NCBI GenBank assembly: GCA_002269645.1 | Contig: NIVC01001008.1 | Coordinates: forward strand, 62,001 to 126,000 | Source of the DNA: Macrostomum lignano | Lineage: Eukaryota | Length of the DNA stretch: 64,000 nucleotides | Direction: 5' to 3' | Shown here: positions 24,496 through 37,272 of the stretch, piece after piece | Layout: every line of letters begins with the position of its first letter | Numbering within the stretch: the stretch's first letter is position 1 | Position numbers and translations under genes: made by a program | Notes under the pieces: generated by a model | Seen by the model: the letters and a program-made list of their open reading frames with translations, nothing else | Database searches by the model: none | What the model was told of the DNA's origin: nothing

Positions 24496-25647
24496 ACTAT
24501 AGTCTAACAGATGAGTACAGCTACAGTATAACAGATGAGTACAGCTACAGTATAACAGATGAGTACAGCTACAGTATAACAGATGAGTACAGCTAAAGTC
24601 TAACAGATGAGTACAGCTATAGTCTAACAGATGAGTACAGCTACAGTCTAACAGATGAGTACAGCTACAGTCTAGCAGATGAGTACAGCTATAGTCTAAC
24701 AGATGAGTACAGCTACAGTCTAACAGATGAGTACAGCTACAGTCTAACAGATGAGTACAGCTATAGTCTAACAGATGAGTACAGCTATAGTCTAACAGAT
24801 GAGTACAGCTACAGTCTAACAGATGAGTACAGCTAAAGTCTAACAGATGAGTACAGCTATAGTCTAACAGATGAGTACAGCTACAGTCTAACAGATGAGT
24901 ACAGCTACAGTTTAACAGATGAGTACAGCTACAGTATAACAGATGAGTACAGCTAAAGTCTAACAGATGAGTACAGCTATAGTCTAACAGATGAGTACAG
25001 CTATAGTCTAACAGATGAGTACAGCTACAGTCTAACAGATGAGTACAGCTATAGTCTAACAGATGAGTACAGCTATAGTCTAACAGATGAGTACAGCTAT
25101 AGTCTAACAGATGAGTACAGCTACAGTCTAACAGATGAGTACAGCTATAGTCTAACAGATGAGTACAGCTATAGTCTAACAGATGAGTACAGCTACAGTC
25201 TAACAGATGAGTACAGCTACAGTTTAACAGATGAGTACAGCTACAGTATAACAGATGAGTACAGCTAAAGTCTAACAGATGAGTACAGCTATAGTCTAAC
25301 AGATGAGTACAGCTATAGTCTAACAGATGAGTACAGCTATAGTCTAACAGATGAGTACAGCTATAGTCTAACAGATGAGTACAGCTATAGTCTAACAGAT
25401 GAGTACAGCTACAGTCTAACAGATGAGTACAGCTAAAGTCTAACAGACGAGTACAGCTATAGTCTAACAGATGAGTACAGCTATAGTCTAACAGATGAGT
25501 ACAGCTAAAGTCTAACAGACGAGTACAGCTATAGTCTAACAGATGAGTACAGCTATAGTCTAACAGATGAGTACAGCTACAGTCTAACAGACGAGTACAG
25601 CTATAGTCTAACAGATGAGTACAGCTATAGTCTAACACGAGTACAGC
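24496..25647. repeat. 24-bp minisatellite (~48 units)
   Basis: Unit agtctaacagatgagtacagcta(t/c/a). Confidence 0.97.
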
Positions 25648-26532
25648 CACTCACTGTTTACACACTGTGTTGTACAATTTATCAGTAGTACAGGATAATA
25701 AAAATTCTATATTATTAGGCAACCGCAAATTTTGTATGTGCTTACTATCATACCAAGACTACAATTAATTATCCCATAGGTGGGAACGCCAGGAAGTGGC
25801 GTCGCGTAGCATAGGACAGCTAGTTAGCGGGAACAGACGGAAAGGGAAACAGGAGGGGTTGGGGATTTTATGTTCTGGGCCTGGTTCCGCGCAAGTCCCC
25901 CCCCAGGCCGTTCAGGCCTTCCATCTGCCGCAGAATGAAAACCATACAGCCAGTCTGAAGCTGCGCGCTCCGCTTTGCACCCCTGCTACGCTGTCTCCCC
26001 CTCCCATTCTCCCCCACTAGCTACAGCTATCCCAAATCAATCCCCCAATGGGGCATCGAGGAGGGGAAGGGCCTCGCCCAATTCCCCTCCCCACAGCTCC
26101 CCTGGCGACCTACCCACTGTAGCAGTTTATAACGACCGCGCGCACTGCCGCTCTGGGCCTCTACTCCTGCCCTCACCCACCCATTCTTCTGTACTGCCGC
26201 TGAGCTCCCCACGGCAGCTTAAGCCACAGTTACCCGACTAAAGCATTCCATCGCAACCAGTCCTACTACTCATATATAAATAAAAACTCAAAGGAAAAAA
26301 GCAAACCCACTCTTCCACCGTTGCGAAATTCAACAAAGCAAGTCAAAGGTGAGATTTTACGTGCGGTCTCTTGAGCTCTTTTCTAACTGAATGCAGCGTC
26401 CTGCGTCACGGATGCAGCCGTATTCATCTCGAGAATGGATCAATAGTATCATATTTTTTATTAACTCTTCTCAATAAACTATTGCAGTGATTGGGTCACT
26501 TCTTTTTCTTATCCTTATTTTTTTCAATGCTG

Positions 26533-27542
26533 GCTAGATTAGCAATCCATTCTATCTCTGCATCCATGATGTTGGCTAGATTAGCAATCCATTCCATTCC
26601 TTCATCCTTGATGTAGGCAAGATTAGCAATCCATTCCATTCCTGCATCCATGATGTAGGCTAGATTAGCAATCCATTCTATTCCTGCATCCGTGATGTTG
26701 GCTAGATTAGCAATCCATTCTATTCCTGCATCCATGATGTAGGCTAGATTAGCAATCCATTCTATTCCTGTATCCATGATGTAGGCTAGATTAGCAATCC
26801 ATTCTATTCCTGCATCCGTGATGTTGGCTAGATTAGCAATCCATTCTATTCCTGCATCCATGGTGTAGGCTAGATTAGCAATCCATTCTATTCCTGAATC
26901 CATGATGTTGGCTAGATTAGCAATCCATTCTATTCCTGCATCCGTGATGTTGGCTAGATTAGCAATCCATTCTATTCCTGCATCCATGGTGTAGGCTAGA
27001 TTAGCAATCCATTCTATTCCTGCATCCGTGATGTTGGCTAGATTAGCAATCCATTCTATTCCTGCATCCATGGTGTAGGCTAGATTAGCAATCCATTCTA
27101 TTCCTGCATCCATGATGTAGGCTAGATTAGCAATCCATTCTATTCCTGCATCCATGATGTAGGCTAGATTAGCAATCCATTCTATTCCTGTATCCATGAT
27201 GTAGGCTAGATTAGCAATCCATTCTATTCCTGCATCCGTGATGTTGGCTAGATTAGCAATCCATTCTATTCCTGCATCCATGGTGTAGGCTAGATTAGCA
27301 ATCCATTCTATTCCTGAATCCATGATGTTGGCTAGATTAGCAATCCATTCTATTCCTGCATCCATGATGTAGGCTAGATTAGCAATCCATTCTATTCCTG
27401 CATCCATGATGTAGGCTAGATTAGCAATCCATTCCATTCCTTCATCCATGATGTAGGCTAGATTAGCAATCTATTCTATTCCTGCATCCATGATGTAGGC
27501 TAGATTAGCAATCTATTCTATTCCTGCATCCATGATGTAGGC
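26533..27542. repeat. 42-bp minisatellite (~24 units)
   Basis: Unit gctagattagcaatccattctattcctgcatccatgatgtag. Confidence 0.97.
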
Positions 27543-28019
27543 ATCAGTTCCCTGTGCACAGGAAGTCTCCAGAAAAGCCAGATAGGGGCAGCAGCAGCAG
27601 CAGTTATTATAATCTGCATGAGTTGTCCCCTAAGAGTGGCAGAGGCGCCAACTCTTTGAAGCGCGTGAAAGTTGTGAGCGACCGTCGACAGTTGAGGCTT
27701 GGGCTAAAAGTGCACGCCAATTTTCTGCACGCAGTTGCTTCCCGGTTTTTCTGCGAAAGAAGGGGGTCCGGGAGACACTTTGCCGCCTTTCTCAATCCGT
27801 CATTCTTCATCAGATTTCCCATAGGGAGGCTGAACCGCGACGATGGCAGAAAAATTTGGTGCAGCCAGCCTGTTTGATAAATTTAACTGAAAACTGACAG
27901 CTGCTAATTGCCGGCAGACATTTCCACAATTACAGGTTATAAATTGCTGCTGTTTACTTACTCTAAAATCTTGAAATTTCGCAGTTCTTCAAATGATAAA
28001 TAACAGACTCGTGAATACA

Positions 28020-29070
28020 CATGAATTTACAGACACAATCACTACAGACAGCTCTATACAGGACACTGAACTTACAGACACAAGCACTACAGACTGCTCT
28101 ATACAGGACACTGAACTTACAGACACAATCACTACAGACAGCTCTATACAGGACACTGAACTTCCAGACACAATCACTACAGACTGCTCTATACAGGACA
28201 CTGAACTTACAGACACAATCACTACAGACTGCTCTATACAGGACACTGAACTTCCAGACACAATCACTACAGACTGCTCTATACAGGACACTGAACTTAC
28301 AGACACAATCACTACAGACTGCTCTATACAGGACACTGAACTTACAGACACAATCACTACAGACTGCTCTATACAGGACACTGAACTTACAGACACAATC
28401 ACTACAGACAGCTCTATACAGGACACTGAACTTACAGACACAATCACTACAGACTGCTCTATACAGGACACTGAACTTACAGACACAATCACTACAGACT
28501 GCTCTATACAGGACACTGAACTTCCAGACACAATCACTACAGACTGCTCTATACAGGACACTGAACTTACAGACACAATCACTACAGACTGCTCTATACA
28601 GGACACTGAACTTACAGACACAAGCACTACAGACAGCTCTATACAGGACACTAAACTTACAGACACAATCACTACAGACTGCTCTATACAGGACACTGAA
28701 CTTACAGACACAATCACTACAGACAGCTCTATACAGGACACTGAACTTACAGACACAATCACTACAGACTGCTCTGTACAGGACACTGAACTTACAGACA
28801 CAAGCACTACAGACAGCTCTATACAGGACACTGAACTTCCAGACACAATCACTACAGACTGCTCTATACAGGACACTGAACTTACAGACACAATCACTAC
28901 AGACTGCTCTATACAGGACACTGAACTTACAGACACAAGCACTACAGACAGCTCTATACAGGACACTGAACTTCCAGACACAATCACTACAGACTGCTCT
29001 ATACAGGACACTGAACTTCCAGACACAATCAGACACAATTCCAGACACAATTCCAGACACTGAACAGGAT
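28020..29070. repeat. 45-bp minisatellite (~23 units)
   Basis: Unit ctgaacttacagacacaatcactacagactgctctatacaggaca. Confidence 0.97.
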
Positions 29071-30839
29071 ACAGGACGCTAAATGCTAGCGAATGGGTCC
29101 AAAAAAACTGGGGAAATTGATCCCACTGCTGCATGCCAGCCTTCGTCCCTCTGTGTAACCATGTGCACTACCGCAGTTTGGTTTGGTACTGCATCGGCCG
29201 GTTGTAGGGATTAACGATCCTCTTACCCTTCCAGTGTCACTTTCTTCCCCCTTTCTTCATCTTCTTTTCTCCTTAAGCGTCCTCTCACTCTCTCCGCTCC
29301 CTCCTCTTCACTAGCATAGCGAACAGCATACGCTTAACTACAGCGCGCGCAATACAAGGGGCCGGCAATTCTAGATTGCTTCGTTGACAAGCCAATAAAA
29401 GAGGTTCAGATGCTGCTAGGGCAGTGATGTTCAGCTAAAGGAGCTGTTAGCGATCCCCCCTTTTCAGGAATGATGGCTTTTTATGGGCAGAGATCCTTAA
29501 CAGCAGGGCAGTTGGGGGGCATCGTCTCACAGCCAGTGCTGACGGCCATTCCGCTGAGTCCTGAGCACACATACAAGCGCGCCAGTACTGTACGCTGGAA
29601 CAAGCTCATACACACGCTCACACAGGGTGTACATCGGAGGTTGGTCCTCAGAAAGGGGTGTGAATAGCCCGACAAGTCCGAAATGAATGTGGCCGTCCAC
29701 AAGAAATCGAGCGCCAAGGGGCCGGTCCCACAGTTCGTATTCCATAACTGCATTGCAATTTACAAGCAGCACAGGGCACAGTGAAGTGAAAATCGGGTTA
29801 TTCACTAACCGGGAGGCTCTAGGCTCTTATATTGGCGAGCTTATCGACAAACTGGCGAGTGCTTAAGTGCTTTCTGTCGTCACATCCTGCTGGCCGGGCA
29901 GCTGCAGCAGCTGATTACTGAAGGATTTTCAATCTAGAATAGCAAAAGTGCAAGCGGATAAGCGCGCAGATGATGAGGCTCACCAAGTTTTCTGAGGGCC
30001 AGGAGAGGGGGGGTGAGGAAAACTCCGGACACGAGCCGCACCTGTCGCCGCCCCAGCCAATTGCCGTCTCAGTCAGACTTAGTTGCCAGGGGAAATGCTC
30101 GGCTCACAATCGAGACATAGCCAGTCCGCCCCGGGCCTGTCCTCGATATCGCCTCCCATCTGAATTCGAGCCGCAGTATCGCTGTTGCCACGCGCACAAT
30201 ATCCATCCCCTTCCCTGTTTTGGCCTATCCGAGACGCACACTCGCTTTCTCGTTTATCTCCGGGTTCGATTCTTTTTGAAAGGCGGCGATGCTTTACCAG
30301 AGAAGCATCGGGGGCAACAGCATTGCTGCTTACTTCTGAGCTGAGACTCGGGATGGGGGGGAGAGTGAAGGGGCCGGGACTGAAAATCAACTTCCAGAAC
30401 AGACAGCCGCGAGCTTCTGGGGGGGGGGGTTGAGGAGAGGAGAGGTTGGCAAACATTCAGCAGGATGAGGCAGGCCAGCTTCCTTCCTGGCATCTGCGGC
30501 GGCATCTTGCTTAGGCTGGCTGCGTAGTAAGATCATCTAGTCTCTAGTCAGGAACTAGAGTCAAATTATAAAGCACTTTGTAAACTCTAGTCTATTATGC
30601 TTTCAAGGCTATGGGACGAATTCCCGAGGGGAGGGTTGGGGACAATTCAAAGTCTGCGATCGCGTGCGCTCGCACGAGCCTCTCTCCTTTTCTCCCCATT
30701 CCTCACCCAATTAGACTGAAGTGACGAGGGCTTGGCCATGGAATTCTTAAAACTGTGCAAATCTGGATTTGTAACGGATTGCAACCGGGCAATTGAGTCC
30801 TGGAATCTGATGTAGAAACTGGATGGGAAACTGTGGAGT

Positions 30840-30985
30840 CTATGGAGATCTGAGTGTAGATTCTGGAGAGAAAACTGCAAGATTTCCATCCATCTATAGA
30901 GATCTGAGTGTAGATTCTGGAGAGGAAACTGCGGGATTTTCATCTATATGGAGATCTGAGTGTAGATTCTGGAGTGGAAAATTCT
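30840..30985. repeat. Short tandem repeat (3 copies)
   Basis: gagatctgagtgtagattctggag at ~30846, 30899 and 30950. Confidence 0.75.
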
Positions 30986-32024
30986 AACTAGCTACCAGGG
31001 GATTGAGAAAACCGCAGTTTGCAAACTCGAAAAGGCAGATTCCAATCCAGAGTACACGTCGAGAGGATGCAGAGGCTTCACCTCATCTCTGAATTCCAAA
31101 GATTGAGAAGAGCGCAGCTAGCGTCTCCCCCTTTCTCTCCTCCCCCCCCCCCGATGTTGTCCGCCTCGCCCATTCAAGCTTGATGGAATCTGCTCGCTCC
31201 CCGGGACACGACCGGCGATCAATAGTTAATAGATATGGAAGAGATGTATTGGGAAGCTGCGCACGAAATTGAGGGAAGTGGCTTAGCCTTGGCCGCCCAG
31301 CCTCCTCTGTATGAATAATAAATCATTGCTGTTTTCGGGAGCAAGCCAAAGAAGCTTCTGCTGTTCCTATCTCTCTCTCTTGAGCAAAGAATTCCTCGCG
31401 CTGGTCAAGAATCGATCCTGCGCATCCCAAAAATATCCCTATAGCTTATATTGCGGAGTGAGGAGAGAAAAGTGCTCATTATTCGGCAGTAGTTCTCCAT
31501 GATAAATGATGAGGCACACACCGCAGCAAGCTTCGTGTCTGCTGATCATGCTCCATGCCCTTGGACTATATTAGAGAAGGAAAAGCAGAAATGTCAACAT
31601 ATGCAGTCTAAATAATTGATACTCGAAATCAAATACTCGGTGCTGAGTCCAGGCAGACGAGGGGGTAGGTAGGACCGGGCTGGCGGCAGAATTTAATTAG
31701 ACATGAGCAGCTTCTGAGTTCTCCCTCCCTTTCTCTCCGTCCCGATGCATCTGCATCAGTTGCTCGCCTCATCAAACAGATCCCTTACTGAGTCCGATGC
31801 GCCAACGGTCGCGTCAACAGCTGAGAGGATCAAAATTAGTTTCTGTGCCGTCCCATTGGGCCACCAGGCACTACTGTGCACTGAGAAGGCAGACAAAAGC
31901 TTTGGTGACTCGAAATGAGATGGTCACGCGGGAATTAATCTGTTTTAGCTGGTGATTCGGCTGCCTTCTGTGTATGGGGCTGAGGAACTAATCTGCAAAC
32001 ATTCAATGCCTTAAAATAGTATGC

Positions 32025-32268
32025 GCGTAGATTAGGTTAGCAATCCATTATATTCTTCACACCTGTAGGACTTGAGATAAGCAATTCATTCTATTCCTTA
32101 CATCCACACGATGTAGATTAGCAATCAATTCTATTCATTATATCCGCATGATGTAGATTAGCAATCCATTCTATTCCTTATATCCGCATGATGTAGATTA
32201 GCAATCCATTCTATTCCTTACATCCGCATGATGTAGATTAACAATCCATTCTATTCCTTATATAGCAA
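32025..32268. repeat. 40-bp relative of the 42-bp minisatellite family
   Basis: Unit gtagattagcaatccattctattccttatatccgcatgat; ends ~30 nt before the USP start codon. Confidence 0.85.
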
Positions 32269-32297
32269 TCCAACGAATAATCCCCGCAGTTGCAGCG

Positions 32298-32987
32298 ATG
32301 GCGGAGGCCGCAGCAGCCAGTACCGCCAGCGGCAGCTCAGACGGCAAGACAGCCCAGGAGCAGGCGGATTATCGCAAGGCCAGCATCACCTCGGAGATGA
32401 GCATGCTCAAGCTGGCCGACCAGACCGCGCCTCGCCGTGTCCTCCTGCCAGTGGACGGCTCGCAGCACAGCGAGCGCGCATTCCACTGGTTCCTAGGCAA
32501 CCTGTACCGGAACGGCGACATCGCTGTACTGGCCTTCGTGCTGGACCCGCCGCAGTACTCGCCGGCTGACGGTCAGAGCGGCTCCTCGTTCGTGCAAGAG
32601 GGCAACAAGGCCTACAATGACGGCTTGAAAGAGGCCAACCGACTCAAAGCGAAGTTCTTCGGCCAGCTGAAACAGCTGGGCTTGCCGGCCTCGGCCGCGC
32701 AGTTCCAGGAGCTGATCGGCACGAAACCGGGCGAGACTCTGGTGAAATTCATTCACGAGTCCGACATCAACTGCGTAGTGATTGGGTCTCGCGGCCTTGG
32801 CAAGATTAAGCGCACATTCCTTGGCTCTGTTAGCGACCACTTGCTGCACAACGCCAATTGTCCAGTGATCATCTGTCCGAACAAGAAGGACAAGAAGGAC
32901 AAGGACAAGGACAAGGACAAGAAGGACAAGGACAAGGAGAAGAAGGACAAGGACAAGAAAGATAAGAAGGACAAGGAGAGCGGTTGA
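32298..32987 (+). CDS. Universal stress protein (UspA domain), intronless, with Lys/Asp-rich C-terminal tail
   Basis: RRVLLPVDGSQHSERAF, CVVIGSRGLGKIKRTFLGSVSDHLLHNANCPVII; complete G-2x-G-9x-GS ATP-binding motif. Confidence 0.93.
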   Translation: MAEAAAASTASGSSDGKTAQEQADYRKASITSEMSMLKLADQTAPRRVLLPVDGSQHSERAFHWFLGNLYRNGDIAVLAFVLDPPQYSPADGQSGSSFVQEGNKAYNDGLKEANRLKAKFFGQLKQLGLPASAAQFQELIGTKPGETLVKFIHESDINCVVIGSRGLGKIKRTFLGSVSDHLLHNANCPVIICPNKKDKKDKDKDKDKKDKDKEKKDKDKKDKKDKESG

Positions 32988-33606
32988 GAGCAGGGACAAA
33001 TGGCTAGGGACTATATTCTAATGATAATATTTGATTAAATTGATACTGAACTGACCTGATATCATATCCACCCTCCGTTAATGGCTCGCTTGACCAAATC
33101 TCGCAGACAAAATTTACGATTATTTTGCTTGCCGAACAGCAAACAAATAAAATTCAGCACCATGAAACCAAGCGGTACTTCACTGGAAATCATGCAGCAG
33201 AGAGGCAGAACTGCTTAACGAAGCTTACACCAAGTTTATAAACTTTTACTGCAGAGATAAAATTGTACAGAGCTCGTGAAAGCGCTGCAGTCTCGTTAAG
33301 AACACTAAAACAGCTATAGGTAGGTCATTTTATCTTTCCTCTTTTTTGAAACAGCTTTACCCCAAGATAATTGTGCTAGTCAATACTGCCTAGGCAAATA
33401 ATGTTGCTTTTTGTGTAACAAACTGAATGTACTTTGGAATAAAGTCTGTTTCCGCTTGCGGCACCTTGGAAAACAAGGTCTGCTTTACTCTCTCTTTCTG
33501 ACATTCAATGCTGCATCAGCTGCGCGCAGAGACTCGTCGTTCCAAGTTACACCAACATTGCCTTTGCCTCTTTTAAAGATATCTGTTATTTATGCTCGTA
33601 TTATCG

Positions 33607-34880
33607 GAATGTTGCATCCTTAAAGTCTGTGCCAAGATTTTGCATCCTCGAAATCTGTCTCGAAATGTTGCATCCTCGAAATATCAGTCTCGAAATGTTG
33701 CATTCTCAAAATCTCAGACTCGAAATGTTGCATCCTCAAAATCTCAGACTCGAAATGTTGCATCCTCGAAATCTCAGACTCGAAATGTTGCATCCTCGAA
33801 ATATCAGTCTCGAAATGTTGCATTCTCAAAATCTCAGACTCGAAATGTTGCATCCTCAAAATCTCAGACTCGAAATGTTGCATCCTCGAAATCTCAGACT
33901 CGAAATGTTGCATCCTCGAAATCTCAGACTCGAGATGTTGCATCCTCAAAATCTGACCCGAGATGTTGCATCCTCAAAATCTGACCTGAGATGTTGCATC
34001 CTCAAAATCTAACCTAAGATGTTGCATTCTCAAAATCTGTCTCGGAATGTTGCATCCTCAAAATCTGACCCGAGATGTTGCATCCTCAAAATCTGACCTG
34101 AGATGTTGCATCCTCAAAATCTAACCTAAGATGTTGCATTCTCAAAATCTGTCTCGAAATGTTGCATCCTCAAAATCTGACCTGAGATGTTGCATCCTCA
34201 AAATCTGACCTGAGATGTTGCATCCTCGAAATCTGACCTGAGATGTTGCATCCTCAAAATCTAACCTAAGATGTTGCATTCTCAAAATCTGTCTCGAAAT
34301 GTTGCATCCTCAAAATCTGACCCGAGATGTTGCATCCTCAAAATCTGACCTGAGATGTTGCATCCTCAAAATCTAACCTAAGATGTTGCATTCTCAAAAT
34401 CTGTCTCGAAATGTTGCATCCTCAAAATCTGACCTGAGATGTTGCATCCTCAAAATCTGACCTGAGATGTTGCATCCTCGAAATCTGACCTGAGATGTTG
34501 CATCCTCGAAATCTGACCTGAGATGTTGCATCCTCAAAATCTGACCTGAGATGTTGCAATCCTTAAAATCTGACCTGAGATGTTGCAATCCTCAAAATCT
34601 GACCTGAGATGTTGCATTCTCAAAATCTGACCTGAGATGTTGCATCCTCGAAATCTGACCTGAGATGTTGCATCCTCAAAATCTGACCTGAGATGTTGCA
34701 ATCCTTAAAATCTGACCTGAGATGTTGCAATCCTTAAAATCTGACCTGAGATGTTGCAATCCTCAAAATCTGTACCGAGATGTTGCATTCTCAAAATCTG
34801 TCTCGAAATGTTGCATCCTCGAAATCTCAGACTCGAGATGTTGTATCCTCAAAATCTCATACTCGAAATGTTGCGACCTC
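33607..34880. repeat. 30/28-bp minisatellite with higher-order structure
   Basis: gaaatgttgcatcctcgaaatctcagactc (30 bp), then gagatgttgcatcctcaaaatctgacct (28 bp). Confidence 0.95.
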
Positions 34881-35516
34881 AAATTATTGTTCCAAATTTT
34901 GTATTCTTAAAATCTGAGTGACAAAACGCCGGTCTCGAAATTAAGAGAGAAAGTGGATTGGCTATGGACTCCTCATCCGCAAAACCGAATCTAGCAAGAG
35001 AGAAATCCCAACTACCGAGAGCTTCGCTTGGCTGACAAACTGAAGTTCAGAGGCTAGATATACGCTCGTAAAAGAATTATATGCAATCGAATTTTACTTT
35101 AGCTCAGTGTTAGATATAGATTTACCCGGCCTCAAGAATGGTAGCAAAACACAATTAGCAAGCCGATACAATGGCGCCAAGTTGGCTCGCTGGATTCAAT
35201 TAGGATAGAAATAAGCCGGGCGAAAGAAGACAGCAGTAGCGGGAATCGCATGCAAAGCAGGCAGAAAGTTGGCTGGGAGCTGAGCAAACACAAAATGAGA
35301 GACTGAGGGCGCAGCTTCCGTCCAGTCAGTTCCTCATTATCTAAGATTTTCCAAGCCGACGGACTTTTCAAATACCCCTATCAGAGTCGACACGTGGAAT
35401 GATTGCAGACCGGCGAGGCGGACGGGTAAAGGGTGCGCTGTTGCCATGGAGATTTCTGGTCAAGCAGTTGGATGGCGGAACAAAATGATTTGAGAGTCTA
35501 GCCAAAATAAGGGGAT

Positions 35517-36450
35517 CCAATCTAGCCTACATCATTGATGAAGGAATAGAATGGATTGCTAATCTAGCCTGCATCATGGATGCAGGAATAGAATGGATTG
35601 CTAATCTAGCCTACATCATGGATGCAGGAATAGAATGGATTGCTAATCTAGCCTACATCATGGATGCAGGAATAGAATGGATTGCTAATCTAGCCTACAT
35701 CATGGATGCAGGAATGGAATGGATTGCTAATCTATCCTACATCATGTATGCAGGAATAGAATGGATTGCTAATCTAGCCTACATCATGGATGCAGGAATA
35801 GAATGGATTGCTAATCTAGCCTACATCATGGATGCAGGAATAGAATGGATTGCTAATCTAGCCTACATCATGGATGCAGGAATGGAATGGATTGCTAATC
35901 TAGCCTACATCATGGATGCAGGAATGGAATGGATTGCTAATCTAGCCTACATCATGGATGCAGGAATAGAATGGATTGCTAATCTAGCCTACATCATGGA
36001 TGCAGGAACAGAATGGATTGCTAATCTAGCCTACATCATGGATGCAGGAATAGAATGGATTGCTAATCTAGCCTACATCATGGATGCAGGAATAGAATGG
36101 ATTGCTAATCTAGCCTACATCATGGATGCAGGAATAGAATGGATTGCTAATCTAGCCTACATCATGGATGCAGGAATAGAATGGATTGCTAATCTAGCCT
36201 ACATCATGGATGCAGGAATAGAATGGATTGCTAATCTAGCCTACATCATTGATGCAGGAATAGAATGGATTGCTAATCTAGCCTACATCATGGATGCAGG
36301 AACAGAATGGATTGCTAATCTAGCCTACATCATGGATGCAGGAATAGAATGGATTGCTAATCTAGCCAACATCATGGATGCAGAGATAGGATGGATTGCT
36401 AATCTAGCCTACATCACGGATGAAGGAATAGAATGGATTGCTAATCTAGC
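35517..36450. repeat. 42-bp minisatellite, inverted relative to 26533-27542 (~22 units)
   Basis: Unit atggatgcaggaatagaatggattgctaatctagcctacatc. Confidence 0.97.
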
Positions 36451-36974
36451 TAAACACATGTAAGAAATAGTAAAGGTAGATAAAAGACGCCCATAAAAAA
36501 GATACTGTCAAAAAGAGCACTACCAATAATGCAATTATTAGTGAGTTAAAAGTATGCCAGAAGTAAAAAGAAGCAAATTCATGCGGCAAAACTAGCCTCA
36601 ATTTTTGTGCTAGTTTATTTGCAAATAACAAAGGAGAGCAGAGTGGAAAGCTTGACCAGCGCGGCTCTCTAAAAAGCATCGCTGATTGCCAACAAAAACT
36701 GCTCAAATGTTTAAAAGAAAAAAATCAATTTCTACTCAAAGGCGGATATGTCTGAGCTCCCAAACTGCAGGGCGAACTGCATGACTCACGATAGTACAGG
36801 ATCGCCTGGCCCCAATCGTGACAGTGGCAAAAAGAGAGAATCGCAGAATTGCATTACAAAACTACGAGTACTAAATAATCAAGCGCACTTCTCGTAATAC
36901 TTGTCAGTAGTGTGATAAGTAAAAGGTTTGTTGCATGAATCGCGGGGCGAGGTCTAAAGAGAGGATCGGGGATA

Positions 36975-37268
36975 AAATCCTAACCTGAGGATCTGGTATG
37001 AATCCTAATCTGAGGATCTGGGATTAAATCCCAATCTGAGGATTTAGGATGAAATCCCAATCTGAGGATCTGAGATGAAATCCCAATCTGAGGATCTAGG
37101 ATGAAATCCCAATCTGAGGATCTGGGATTAAATCCCAATCTGAGGATCTAGGATGAAATCCCAATCTGAGGATTTGGGATTAAATCCCAATCTGAGGATC
37201 TAGGATAAAATACCAATCTGAGGATCTGAGATGAAATCCCGATCTGAGGATCTGGGATTAAATCCCAA
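36975..37268. repeat. 26-bp minisatellite
   Basis: Unit aaatcccaatctgaggatct(g/a)ggat(g/t); begins right after the ANKRD46-like stop codon. Confidence 0.92.
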
Positions 37269-37272
37269 AATT

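Noticed and set aside
24448-25650. 400-aa Cys-rich ORF (DYSCTHLL)n
   Set aside because: It is the 24-bp array read in a stop-free frame, with no non-repeat coding context.
27963-29134. Four overlapping 350-380-aa ORFs, including a mucin-like Thr-rich one
   Set aside because: Open on both strands only because the 45-bp unit lacks stops; no signal peptide or linked exons.
32493-32999. 168-aa hydrophobic antisense ORF
   Set aside because: Mirror of the USP coding strand and its (AAGGAC)n tail.
26496-36463. 317-aa and 295-aa (MDAGIEWIANLAYI)n ORFs
   Set aside because: By-products of the 42-bp arrays.
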